DNA of 64,000 bases from an uncultured Bacteroidaceae bacterium (GTDB taxonomy: Bacteria > CAIWAD01): NCBI GenBank assembly GCA_964345075.1, contig CAYFPS010000001.1, forward strand, positions 133,726-197,725, given 5' to 3'. Both the position numbers and the translations under genes were made by a program. The notes beneath the pieces were generated by a model, which was not told where the DNA came from, searched no databases, and saw only the letters and a list, made by a program, of their open reading frames with translations. This document shows, piece after piece, positions 56,589 through 64,000 of this stretch (the stretch's first letter is position 1; every line of letters begins with the position of its first letter).

Positions 56589-58726
56589 CAGTTTTCTACC
56601 CGACTAAGTGCGCGCGCATGATCTACCGTAAGAACCTGACGCAGCGCGGGAACCGTATCCAGCGCGGCATCCCGTGATACAAGGTCAAAGGCTGCATCAC
56701 GCGCCTGCACCAGAAGATCCACATCGCGCATGATGTCGGCCAGCTTGAATTCGGGCAGCCCACTCTGTCGTGTTCCAAAAAAATCGCCCGTGCCGCGCAT
56801 ACGCAAATCGAACTCGGCAATCTCGAAGCCGTCCTGACTTTGTGCCATCATCTCCAGGCGCGCCTTACCCTCCTGGGAGAGCGCCTTGCCGGCCACCAGA
56901 ATACACCAGGATTTGGCGCTGCCCCTGCCAACGCGGCCTCTTAACTGATGAAGCTGGGCCAGACCAAAGCGCTCGGCCTGCTCCACGACCATCAGTGTGG
57001 CATTGGGGTTGTCCACACCAACTTCGATGACTGTGGTCGAGACCAGCACCTGTGTATCACCGGCCAGAAAGCGCTGCATGACGGCGTCCTTTTCCGGACC
57101 CTTCATTCGTCCGTGCAGAAGCTCCATGCGGCAATCGGCCAGCCATTCGCCCTTCAGCTCCTCATAGGCGATTTCGGCGGCGCGCAAGTCCATCTTGGCC
57201 GACTCTTCGATGAGCGGATAGACGATATAAGCCTGCGCGCCCTTCTCAACCTGTTCCCGCACAAACTGAAAGATCTGGGCCCGCTTTGTCTCACGGCGCC
57301 AGGCTGTGGTAATCGGCTGCCTGCCCGGAGGCAGCTCGCGGATGATCGAAATGTCCATGTCCCCGTAGCTGACAATCGCCAGTGTGCGTGGAATGGGTGT
57401 TGCCGTCATCACCAGCGTGTCCAGCTCGGGCGATTTGGCCCTTAAGCGAGCGCGCTGCTCGACACCAAAACGGTGCTGCTCGTCGATAATGGCCAACCCC
57501 AGCGAGTGGAAGTTCACCGCATCCTGAATAAGCGCGTGGGTGCCGATCACAATCTGTGACCAGCCGGATTCGATTTCCTGCTGAGCCTGCCGCTTCAGTG
57601 CCGCCGTGCGCGATCCGGTCAGGAGCGTGACCCTTAAGCCCATTTCCTGCGCCAGACGGTCGATGTTTCGAAAATGCTGCTCTGCCAGAATTTCCGTGGG
57701 CGCCATCAGGGCCGCCTGATGGCCGGTCTCCACGGCAAGGAGCATGGCGCAGAGCGCAACCATGGTCTTGCCCGAGCCGACATCACCCTGAAGTAGACGG
57801 TTCATGGGAGCCGGGCTGCGCATGTCGCCCAGAATTTCATCCAGTGAACGCTGCTGATCGCCGGTTAGCGTAAATGGCAGGCGCGAGAGCAAATCACGAA
57901 TCAGCGCGCCGTCACCCGTAAAGCGCAGACCCTTTTCCGTCTGGCCAATCTGGGACTTGCGCCAGGCCAGCATCAGCTCCAGCATGAAAAATTCCTGAAA
58001 CTTGATGCGGCGACGGGCGCGATCAACCTCTTCCAGACTTTCACCCAGATGGACATCGTGCATGGCCGTGTCCAGATCGGTCAGATGGTAACGCTCGCGG
58101 ATCTCGATCGGCAGCGGATCTTCAAAGCGGGGAGCCTGCCTTTCGTAAAGCAGACGAATGATCTTGTGCAGCCCGCGGCTGTCCAGCCAGGCCTTGCGCA
58201 GCTCTTCAGTTCCCGGGTAAATCGGCACAAGCTGCCCGCGGTAGGCTAGCGCAGGGCCCTCCGACAGCTCCACTTCTTCCGGCAACTTTTCCACAGCCGG
58301 GTGCTGAATCTGCCAGCCGCGAAACTGCCCCGGCTTGCCTGAGGCTGCAATCACATCGCCTGTCGCCAGGAACTTCTTGATCCAGTGGAGACGATTGAAC
58401 CAGACAAGGCGAATCTGCCCGCTACCATCATCCAGAACAGCCTCAAACCAGCTTCGTTTGCGAAAACCTTTTGCCTCCGTGCGAATCACGCGCCCCACGA
58501 GCGTAATCTCGCCAAGCCCCTCATTCAGTTCAGCAACACGGGTAACCGAAGTGCGATCCAGATAACGACGAGGGTAGGTTTCCAGCAAGTCTCGCAAGGT
58601 GCAAACGCCATGATCGGCAAGGACTTTTGCCTTTGCAGGACCAACACCCTTCAGGTAGGTCAGGTCTTCTCCAAGCTGGGATAGTGGGGAATTCACAGGG
58701 GGTTGATCCTCACCAAAGCTAAACAA
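56588..58726 (-). CDS. recG: ATP-dependent DNA helicase RecG
   Basis: Wedge domain, GDVGSGKT Walker A, DEQH. 712 aa. Confidence 0.9.
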   Translation of the reverse strand: MFSFGEDQPPVNSPLSQLGEDLTYLKGVGPAKAKVLADHGVCTLRDLLETYPRRYLDRTSVTRVAELNEGLGEITLVGRVIRTEAKGFRKRSWFEAVLDDGSGQIRLVWFNRLHWIKKFLATGDVIAASGKPGQFRGWQIQHPAVEKLPEEVELSEGPALAYRGQLVPIYPGTEELRKAWLDSRGLHKIIRLLYERQAPRFEDPLPIEIRERYHLTDLDTAMHDVHLGESLEEVDRARRRIKFQEFFMLELMLAWRKSQIGQTEKGLRFTGDGALIRDLLSRLPFTLTGDQQRSLDEILGDMRSPAPMNRLLQGDVGSGKTMVALCAMLLAVETGHQAALMAPTEILAEQHFRNIDRLAQEMGLRVTLLTGSRTAALKRQAQQEIESGWSQIVIGTHALIQDAVNFHSLGLAIIDEQHRFGVEQRARLRAKSPELDTLVMTATPIPRTLAIVSYGDMDISIIRELPPGRQPITTAWRRETKRAQIFQFVREQVEKGAQAYIVYPLIEESAKMDLRAAEIAYEELKGEWLADCRMELLHGRMKGPEKDAVMQRFLAGDTQVLVSTTVIEVGVDNPNATLMVVEQAERFGLAQLHQLRGRVGRGSAKSWCILVAGKALSQEGKARLEMMAQSQDGFEIAEFDLRMRGTGDFFGTRQSGLPEFKLADIMRDVDLLVQARDAAFDLVSRDAALDTVPALRQVLTVDHARALSRVEN

Positions 58727-58860
58727 GTGTATTATTTGACATGGCGATGTTCACTTTTTCTCTTGACTCTCCCGAGGAAAGACTCTATTCTTGCTCCGCC
58801 CTTAGGGGAATCAAACGGTCAACCAACCTTCATCACAACAAGAACGGACAAAGGGGGAAA

Positions 58861-59031
58861 CATGTCCGATCTGAACGATGCCATCCAGGTACTGGGCATT
58901 GAACGCGTTGCGGAAATTCGCGCCGATGTCTCGGAGTTGCTGAAACACGTTCTGGCCAATCGCTCGCGCTATGCCAAGCGTGGTGCCGCCTCAATCGCAA
59001 ACGACCAGCTGCGCCCTAGCGTCGCTGCCTG
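58861..59031 (+). CDS. Small hypothetical protein (56 aa)
   Basis: AAGGGGGAAAC RBS 5 nt before ATG. A TTGACT-17-TATTCT promoter-like element sits upstream. No homology recognised. Confidence 0.3.
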
Positions 59032-60338
59032 ATATTCAGCATTACCTTTTCTGTCGCTCCGGCGGCAACAGGAACCTTCATCACAAGGGTGCGCGCATCG
59101 CGGCGTTCCCACTTGACACTGCACGAGAGGACTTCCCAGTCCCCCCAGAGGGACTCCTCAAGGGCAATCTCCACCGCATCCTTTTCCTTGCGATTCTTCA
59201 GCTCAAAGCCAAGTTGACGATCTGTCTGCCGACCGTCGACGGTCTCTTTCAGCACAGTGCGCTCAACCACCAGGTCAAAGGCGCGTCCGACCGTCAAGGC
59301 AATCTCTTCGTCAACAGGCGTGTGCTCGATGCGGTCCTCACCGACAAACTGGCGGCGACCGGCTGAATCCAGCTTGTACATGCGCACCATGCCGGCGGGC
59401 AGCGCCATGCCCGGGCCCCGGCCTTCGCTGTTTGTGAAGTTCAGCCTGGTTTGCACACCTGCATTCGGCCGATTGGACTGAAAGACGTGGCTCTTGCTGA
59501 TCGTGACCTCAAGCGGGTCAAAGAGTGGAACCTGTTTGTCCTGGTTGTTGGCCAGATCCACCGGCCGCTCAAGCGAGTAAAGGTGATACTCGAAAAAGCT
59601 CTCCTCGGCGAAAGCCGCCTCGCGGGCACCGGCATAGTCCATCATCACAGGCATGTTTTTCATCTGCGGCTGCTGACTGACGCGATTGACTTCGCCGGCC
59701 ACCAGCTGCAGTCCGGCATTCTGCCAGGCCAGTCCAGTGTTGTTGCTCAGGTTGACCCAGCTGGCCATTTCCATCGAACGGTCTGCCGCATCCAGCAGGC
59801 AGACATATTCGGCCCGCCAGCCAAGCCCGCCCGTGATATAGGAAATGTCCGCCTTGTGGCTGCCGGCCTTCTTCGCGTCAAGCTCCCAGCGCAGGGCGGG
59901 CTTCAGCCGAAGGCCATCAGGCAGCTCGGGAAAGCGAGTGGCGCGAATCGCACTGAATTGAACGCTCGTCACACCGCGATCGGTCTCCAGAATCACGCCG
60001 CCATCCGCGGAGAGCAGCGTACCCGAAATCCATTCGCCGTCTTCGTGCTGAAGCTCGATTTCCTTGCCCAGATAGCGCTTCATGAGCGTGCGGTCGTCCA
60101 CCAGATCGTACTCGAAGTTCTGCTCAACCAGGCTGACACCCTTGCAGTCAAAGAGAACACTCGAAGGCTCGATCCGGCTGCTCACGCCATCGAAAAGCCA
60201 ACTTTGTCGGCCCTTTTCCAACTCGATTTCACGGCTTTCACTAACCAGTCCAAAGCCGTCAGAGTAAATGGTCAGGTTGCTCTGGGCACTCGCAACAAGC
60301 GCGAGAAGACCCGAGAAGAGGATGGCGCGCGAGATCAT
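59016..60338 (-). CDS. DUF4139 domain-containing secreted protein (TIGR02231 / mucoidy-inhibitor MuiA-like family)
   Basis: Signal peptide [19 protein letters not shown]. 440 aa. Family-typical N-terminal (DUF4140) and C-terminal blocks. Confidence 0.5.
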   Translation of the reverse strand: MISRAILFSGLLALVASAQSNLTIYSDGFGLVSESREIELEKGRQSWLFDGVSSRIEPSSVLFDCKGVSLVEQNFEYDLVDDRTLMKRYLGKEIELQHEDGEWISGTLLSADGGVILETDRGVTSVQFSAIRATRFPELPDGLRLKPALRWELDAKKAGSHKADISYITGGLGWRAEYVCLLDAADRSMEMASWVNLSNNTGLAWQNAGLQLVAGEVNRVSQQPQMKNMPVMMDYAGAREAAFAEESFFEYHLYSLERPVDLANNQDKQVPLFDPLEVTISKSHVFQSNRPNAGVQTRLNFTNSEGRGPGMALPAGMVRMYKLDSAGRRQFVGEDRIEHTPVDEEIALTVGRAFDLVVERTVLKETVDGRQTDRQLGFELKNRKEKDAVEIALEESLWGDWEVLSCSVKWERRDARTLVMKVPVAAGATEKVMLNIRQRR

Positions 60339-60871
60339 GGCTTTGTCCTTTCATCTTCCTTTGCATCCGTCTCCCCGGCTTCGCTGGAGGAAAAGCCCAG
60401 CGAGGCGGAGTTCACGCAGAAGCGTACACCGGTCGGCTCGGGGCCGTCATCAAAAACATGACCCAAATGTGCCCCCCAGCCCGCACAGAGGATTTCCGTG
60501 CGCACCATGCCGTGGCTGTGATCGGGCCTGGTTGTCACACGTCCTTCGTTGGAGGCGAAGAAGCTGGGCCAACCACAGCCGCTGTCGTATTTGGTCTCGG
60601 AGGTGAAGAGCGTGTCGCCACAGACAATGCACGTGTAGCTGCCATCTGCCTTGTGGTTCCAGAAGCGACCGGTGAAGGGCGCCTCGGTTCCCCGCTGCTG
60701 TGTTACACGATACTCTTCAGCGCTGAGGCGCTCGCGGAGTTCCTCTTCGGTGAAGCTTGGCTTTTCGCTCATGGCGACTCCTTTCCGGGCAAGATCCGGC
60801 GCTGGTGAACATCCGGCCGAGCTTGCCAGCATGCCTGCCATCACAAGCATGATCGGGATTGATGTGTGCAT
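60335..60871 (-). CDS. msrB: Peptide-methionine (R)-S-oxide reductase MsrB, exported/lipoprotein form
   Basis: N-terminal signal peptide ([21 protein letters not shown]). CxxC...CxxC zinc site, and the catalytic block [21 protein letters not shown]. Start ATG is at 60871. Confidence 0.85.
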   Translation of the reverse strand: MHTSIPIMLVMAGMLASSAGCSPAPDLARKGVAMSEKPSFTEEELRERLSAEEYRVTQQRGTEAPFTGRFWNHKADGSYTCIVCGDTLFTSETKYDSGCGWPSFFASNEGRVTTRPDHSHGMVRTEILCAGWGAHLGHVFDDGPEPTGVRFCVNSASLGFSSSEAGETDAKEDERTKP

Positions 60872-61020
60872 GGAATGACCTTTCTCTGATCGGGCAACAA
60901 CCTGGAACGCTTCTCTGCTTGAAAGGTTCAATTCGGCCGATCAGGCCCCTCGTCAATCATACCAGAAAGTAAGATACGAGGGTCTGGGTCACTGCCCGAC
61001 TCTTTTGGCAATGGCGCGAA

Positions 61021-62421
61021 TCATGTCGCGGAAACCAGGCTGTGCAGCGGCCAGATTCCATACCAGTACAGCAGGCCCGCCAAACCGGAAGGGTGAAAAA
61101 TGGCCGTCTGATGAAGACGGGACATTCCATCCCCGAGATCTTCCACCTCGAATTCCAGCCAGGCCTTGCCCGGCACTTTCATTTCGGCGACAAGGCGCAG
61201 ACGCCCGGGAGCATCCACCAATTCGACCCGCCAGAAATCAAGGGCGTCTCCAGCTCGCAGCCGGCCGTCCCGGGGTCTTCCCCGCCGCATGCCAACACCC
61301 CCAACCAGAAGATCAAGCAAGCCGCGCAGCTGCCAGAGCAGGTTCCAGGCATACCAGCCATTGCGGCCGCCAATGTTGTAGACGGGCTGAAAGAGCTTTT
61401 CCGGCGGACAGTTCACATCCAGACTGCGGGTATCGATCAGGCGACTGCCTTTGCGCAGGCCACCCCAGGGCTGGCCGGGACTCCCCGATGAAGAAAGCGA
61501 ATCCGACCACCTGGTTGCCGCAAAACTGGTTTCTTCCCGCTCCAGCGCCAGCCGGATGGCCTCGCGGGCGCCCATTGGTGATACATGAAAGTCCGCCGTG
61601 CTCTCCGGCCGTGTTACAACAGAAGGGTGGCGAATGCGCTCAATCAACCAGCGGCCAACACGGGCATAAAGCGGTGTGACAAGCCCGAGCCACAGGCTGC
61701 TCAGGCGGGGACTCAAAAAGGGAACAGGCAGCATGAAGCGCTTGAGCCCGCGGGCCTCGGCATAGGCCATGACCAGGTCGCCATAGGAGAGGACTTCCGT
61801 GCCTCCAATCTCCACCACGCGCCCACCCTCAGCCTCGACATGTGCCGCTTCACGCAGATAGGCCAGCAGATCACGGATTGCAATAGGCTGTGCCTTGACC
61901 TTGACCCAGGAGGGCGTGACCAAAACGGGCAGCTTTTCGGCAAGCGACCGCACCATTTCAAAAGAAAGACTGCCTGATCCGATTACAATGCTGGCGCGCA
62001 GCTCAATCAGGGGCGGCCCGTATTGGCGCAGAATTCTGCCTGTCTCCAGACGGCTTGCCATGTGATCGGACAAACTGTCACCCTCGCGGGCAAGACCACC
62101 GAGATAGATTATCCGTGATACACCCGCGCGTTTTGCTTCCCGGGCAAAGGCCCGGGCGGCCTGCCGATCCTGTTCGGCAAAGGCCTCGCCTGACCCCATG
62201 GAGTGGATCAGGTAATAAGCCACCTCAACTCCGTCCAGCGCGCGCTGAAGACTTCCCGTATCACGGGCATCGCCTTCAACAACCTCGACATCTGCCTCAA
62301 TGCGTGAGAGCAGAAAGTCCGGTCTGCGCGCCATGACCCGCAGCTGATGACCGTCCTGAACGAGAAGGGGCAGCAATCTGCCGCCCACATAGCCCGTTGC
62401 GCCTGTCAGCAAAACCTTCAC
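61021..62421 (-). CDS. SDR-family NAD(P)-binding protein fused to a DUF2867 domain
   Basis: MKVLLTGATGYVGGRLL Rossmann motif. C-terminal DUF2867-like region. 466 aa. Adjacent to the photolyase gene. Confidence 0.7.
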   Translation of the reverse strand: MKVLLTGATGYVGGRLLPLLVQDGHQLRVMARRPDFLLSRIEADVEVVEGDARDTGSLQRALDGVEVAYYLIHSMGSGEAFAEQDRQAARAFAREAKRAGVSRIIYLGGLAREGDSLSDHMASRLETGRILRQYGPPLIELRASIVIGSGSLSFEMVRSLAEKLPVLVTPSWVKVKAQPIAIRDLLAYLREAAHVEAEGGRVVEIGGTEVLSYGDLVMAYAEARGLKRFMLPVPFLSPRLSSLWLGLVTPLYARVGRWLIERIRHPSVVTRPESTADFHVSPMGAREAIRLALEREETSFAATRWSDSLSSSGSPGQPWGGLRKGSRLIDTRSLDVNCPPEKLFQPVYNIGGRNGWYAWNLLWQLRGLLDLLVGGVGMRRGRPRDGRLRAGDALDFWRVELVDAPGRLRLVAEMKVPGKAWLEFEVEDLGDGMSRLHQTAIFHPSGLAGLLYWYGIWPLHSLVSAT

Positions 62422-63827
62422 CGCCCCCCCTGTCGCATGATCTGATATGCCTCAAGCGCCTGCTGGCGCGCTTCTGCGTGATTGACAATGGGAGCTGGAT
62501 AGTTCCTTGGTGTGAAGGCCCCCGCCAGCCAGGGTTGGTGAATCAACTTGCCGGAAAGCCCGGCAAGTTCTGGCAACCAGCGGCGCAGATACTGCCCGTC
62601 AGGGTCGAGCTTCTCCGACTGTGATACAGGGTTGAAAATGCGGAAATAGGGGGCAGCATCCGCTCCGCAGCCAGCCACCCACTGCCAGCCCAGCGTGTTG
62701 TTGGCAAGATCCGCATCAACCAGTGTATCCCAAAACCAGCGAGCGCCTGCCTGCCAGGGGATAAAGAGATCCTTGACCAGAAAGCTGGCCACAATCATGC
62801 GGACACGATTGTGCATCCAGCCGGTCGTCCACAGTTCGCGCATACCAGCGTCGACAATCGGGTAGCCGGTTTTGCCCTTCTCCCAGGCAATGCGGCCGGG
62901 CTCCGCTCCCCGTATGGGAAAACGACCGAAATCCTCCTTGAGTGGTTGATTGACGGTATGCGGGTAGTGATACAAAAGGTGCCAGGCGAAATCGCGCCAG
63001 GCCAGTTGACGAATCCAGGCCTCTGCGCTTGCCGCATGAGCCCCGCCCGCCATTTCCAGCAAGCGATGCGGACTGATTTCACCAAACACCAGATGGGGTG
63101 AAAGCCGCGATGTCCCGGCCAGAGCCGGACGATCCCGAGTGTCCGGGTAGGCCGCGACAGGGTAATCGAGAAAGGCGCAGGCCTTGTCCCAGGCGGCCTT
63201 CTCGCCCGGCTGCCAGGCCTCATAAAAAGCCTTGTCCCAGCCGCGGGTGGGCAGCAGCCGCAGGGCATCCAGGCGTAGGGCCTCCGGCAGACGTTCAGGT
63301 AGTGGAATCCGTTTCGGAGCGGGTTCCAGCAATCCCGGACCAACCTTCTCCCGCAGGGCCTTCCAGAAGGGAGTGAACACACGATATGGTTTTCCCGATC
63401 CGGTTTCGATTTTCCACGGCTCCATCAAAACGTTACCGGGTTTACTTGTAACCCCGATGCCCGCCTCTGACAGGCTTCGCTTCAGGCCTGTATCACGCTC
63501 GATCAGATCCGGCTCGTAGCGGCGATTCCAGCAGACCGCTTGCGCGCCCGTTTGCCTGATGATGCACATAAGGACATCAAGCACCGGGCCGTGAAAAAGA
63601 AAAAGCCGCGAGCCGCAGTCCTTAAGAGAGGCATCCAGCGCGGCAAGGGAGTGATGAAGCCACCAGCGCGAGGCCCCGCCTTCCCGCGAAAGGGCCTCCT
63701 CTTTCGGCGAATGAATGTATACGGGCAGAACTGGAGCGCCGGTGGACAATGCATGGCTGAGTGCAGGATTGTCGGCCAGCCTGAGGTCGCGCCGGAACCA
63801 GAGAATCAGAGGGGCTTTGCTGGACAA
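62418..63827 (-). CDS. phr: Deoxyribodipyrimidine photolyase (class I CPD photolyase / cryptochrome family)
   Basis: LILWFRRDLRLADNPAL N-terminus. FAD-binding C-terminal block (WQWVAGCGADAAPYFRIFNP). Confidence 0.9.
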   Translation of the reverse strand: MSSKAPLILWFRRDLRLADNPALSHALSTGAPVLPVYIHSPKEEALSREGGASRWWLHHSLAALDASLKDCGSRLFLFHGPVLDVLMCIIRQTGAQAVCWNRRYEPDLIERDTGLKRSLSEAGIGVTSKPGNVLMEPWKIETGSGKPYRVFTPFWKALREKVGPGLLEPAPKRIPLPERLPEALRLDALRLLPTRGWDKAFYEAWQPGEKAAWDKACAFLDYPVAAYPDTRDRPALAGTSRLSPHLVFGEISPHRLLEMAGGAHAASAEAWIRQLAWRDFAWHLLYHYPHTVNQPLKEDFGRFPIRGAEPGRIAWEKGKTGYPIVDAGMRELWTTGWMHNRVRMIVASFLVKDLFIPWQAGARWFWDTLVDADLANNTLGWQWVAGCGADAAPYFRIFNPVSQSEKLDPDGQYLRRWLPELAGLSGKLIHQPWLAGAFTPRNYPAPIVNHAEARQQALEAYQIMRQGGR

Positions 63828-63833
63828 TCAGTG

Positions 63834-64000
63834 CGCCTTTCTTTGGGCAAACAACTCAAACAACCAACCAATCAGGCCGCTCAGCATCAAGACAGGCGCG
63901 ATCAACACCGCCAGAAAAAAGGACACGACCGCAATCGCCTGCAGCGGCCAGACCAGAAGTCCCGGCAAGGTCGGCATACCGGCAACGGCTTCACCGACAT
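63834..64000 (-). CDS. C-terminal end of a hydrophobic (membrane) protein. The 5' end lies beyond the window.
   Basis: Open minus-strand frame to the window edge, ending ...LIGWLFELFAQRKAH*. Hydrophobic residues. Confidence 0.3.

Noticed and set aside
60872-61020. GGTTCAATTC, a tRNA T-loop-like string in the msrB upstream region
   Set aside because: The flanking sequence does not form a T-stem or an acceptor stem, and no cloverleaf can be drawn.
1-64000. CRISPR arrays, rRNA, tRNA, integrase or transposase genes
   Set aside because: No regularly spaced direct repeats and no recognisable structural RNA or mobile-element protein signatures were seen in any intergenic region. The only repeats are the palindrome pair at 33.0-33.4 kb and the dispersed octamer.

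Overview
This 64 kb window is a chromosomal segment from a high-GC (about 60-63%) bacterium that looks like a member of the FCB group (Bacteroidetes / Rhodothermaeota / Gemmatimonadetes-like). Five encoded proteins end in a type IX secretion (T9SS / Por) C-terminal sorting domain, and a Bacteroidetes-type -7 promoter element (TAnnTTTG) sits in front of the riboswitch. About 55 genes are densely packed and most are housekeeping.

Gene content, in order:
- HI0933-type flavoprotein (5' partial), dtd, a KamA-family radical SAM enzyme, fabV.
- A pair of giant T9SS-secreted beta-helix proteins.
- fixC-fixX-etfB-etfA plus a 564-aa acyl-CoA dehydrogenase.
- A DUF975 membrane protein, dnaE, an outer-membrane beta-barrel, recN.
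- An FMN-riboswitch-controlled ribD-ribE-ribBA-ribH operon followed by a T9SS beta-propeller protein.
- A DUF2797-like gene, a patatin, slyX, recQ.
- A cytidylate-kinase-like gene, a T9SS lamin-tail/phospholipase-D protein, add, mazEF, and a 736-aa protein of unknown function.
- smg-topA-xerC-hpf-hprK and a mannose-class PTS EIIA and EIIB.
- An arsC / K+ channel / cNMP-binding protein / lipoprotein operon.
- Another T9SS protein, a membrane metalloprotease, priA, recG, a DUF4139 protein, msrB, and an SDR-DUF2867 / photolyase pair.

The most striking signal is not a gene. The asymmetric octamer GTGATACA (TGTATCAC on the other strand) occurs 64 times. Its one-mismatch variant GTGTTACA occurs another 13 times. 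Roughly one copy is expected by chance. The copies are in both orientations, in every reading frame, and often force rare codons (ATA, GTA, TCA).

The octamer is almost absent from a 7 kb low-GC island (about 45-50% GC, 4.24-11.5 kb) that holds the two giant T9SS beta-helix proteins. This looks like a genome-wide uptake-sequence or signature motif in the host, with a horizontally acquired insert lacking it.

Other points of interest:
- A 42-bp perfect palindrome and a truncated copy flank a 310-bp non-coding stretch downstream of recQ.
- The FMN riboswitch sits immediately downstream of a Bacteroidetes-type -7 promoter motif.
- An RCK-domain K+ channel is translationally coupled to a stand-alone cNMP-binding protein.
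- A DUF2797 / patatin / slyX / recQ run has overlapping start and stop codons.
- mazEF lies next to a large uncharacterised 736-aa protein.

I saw no rRNA, tRNA, CRISPR array, integrase or transposase.
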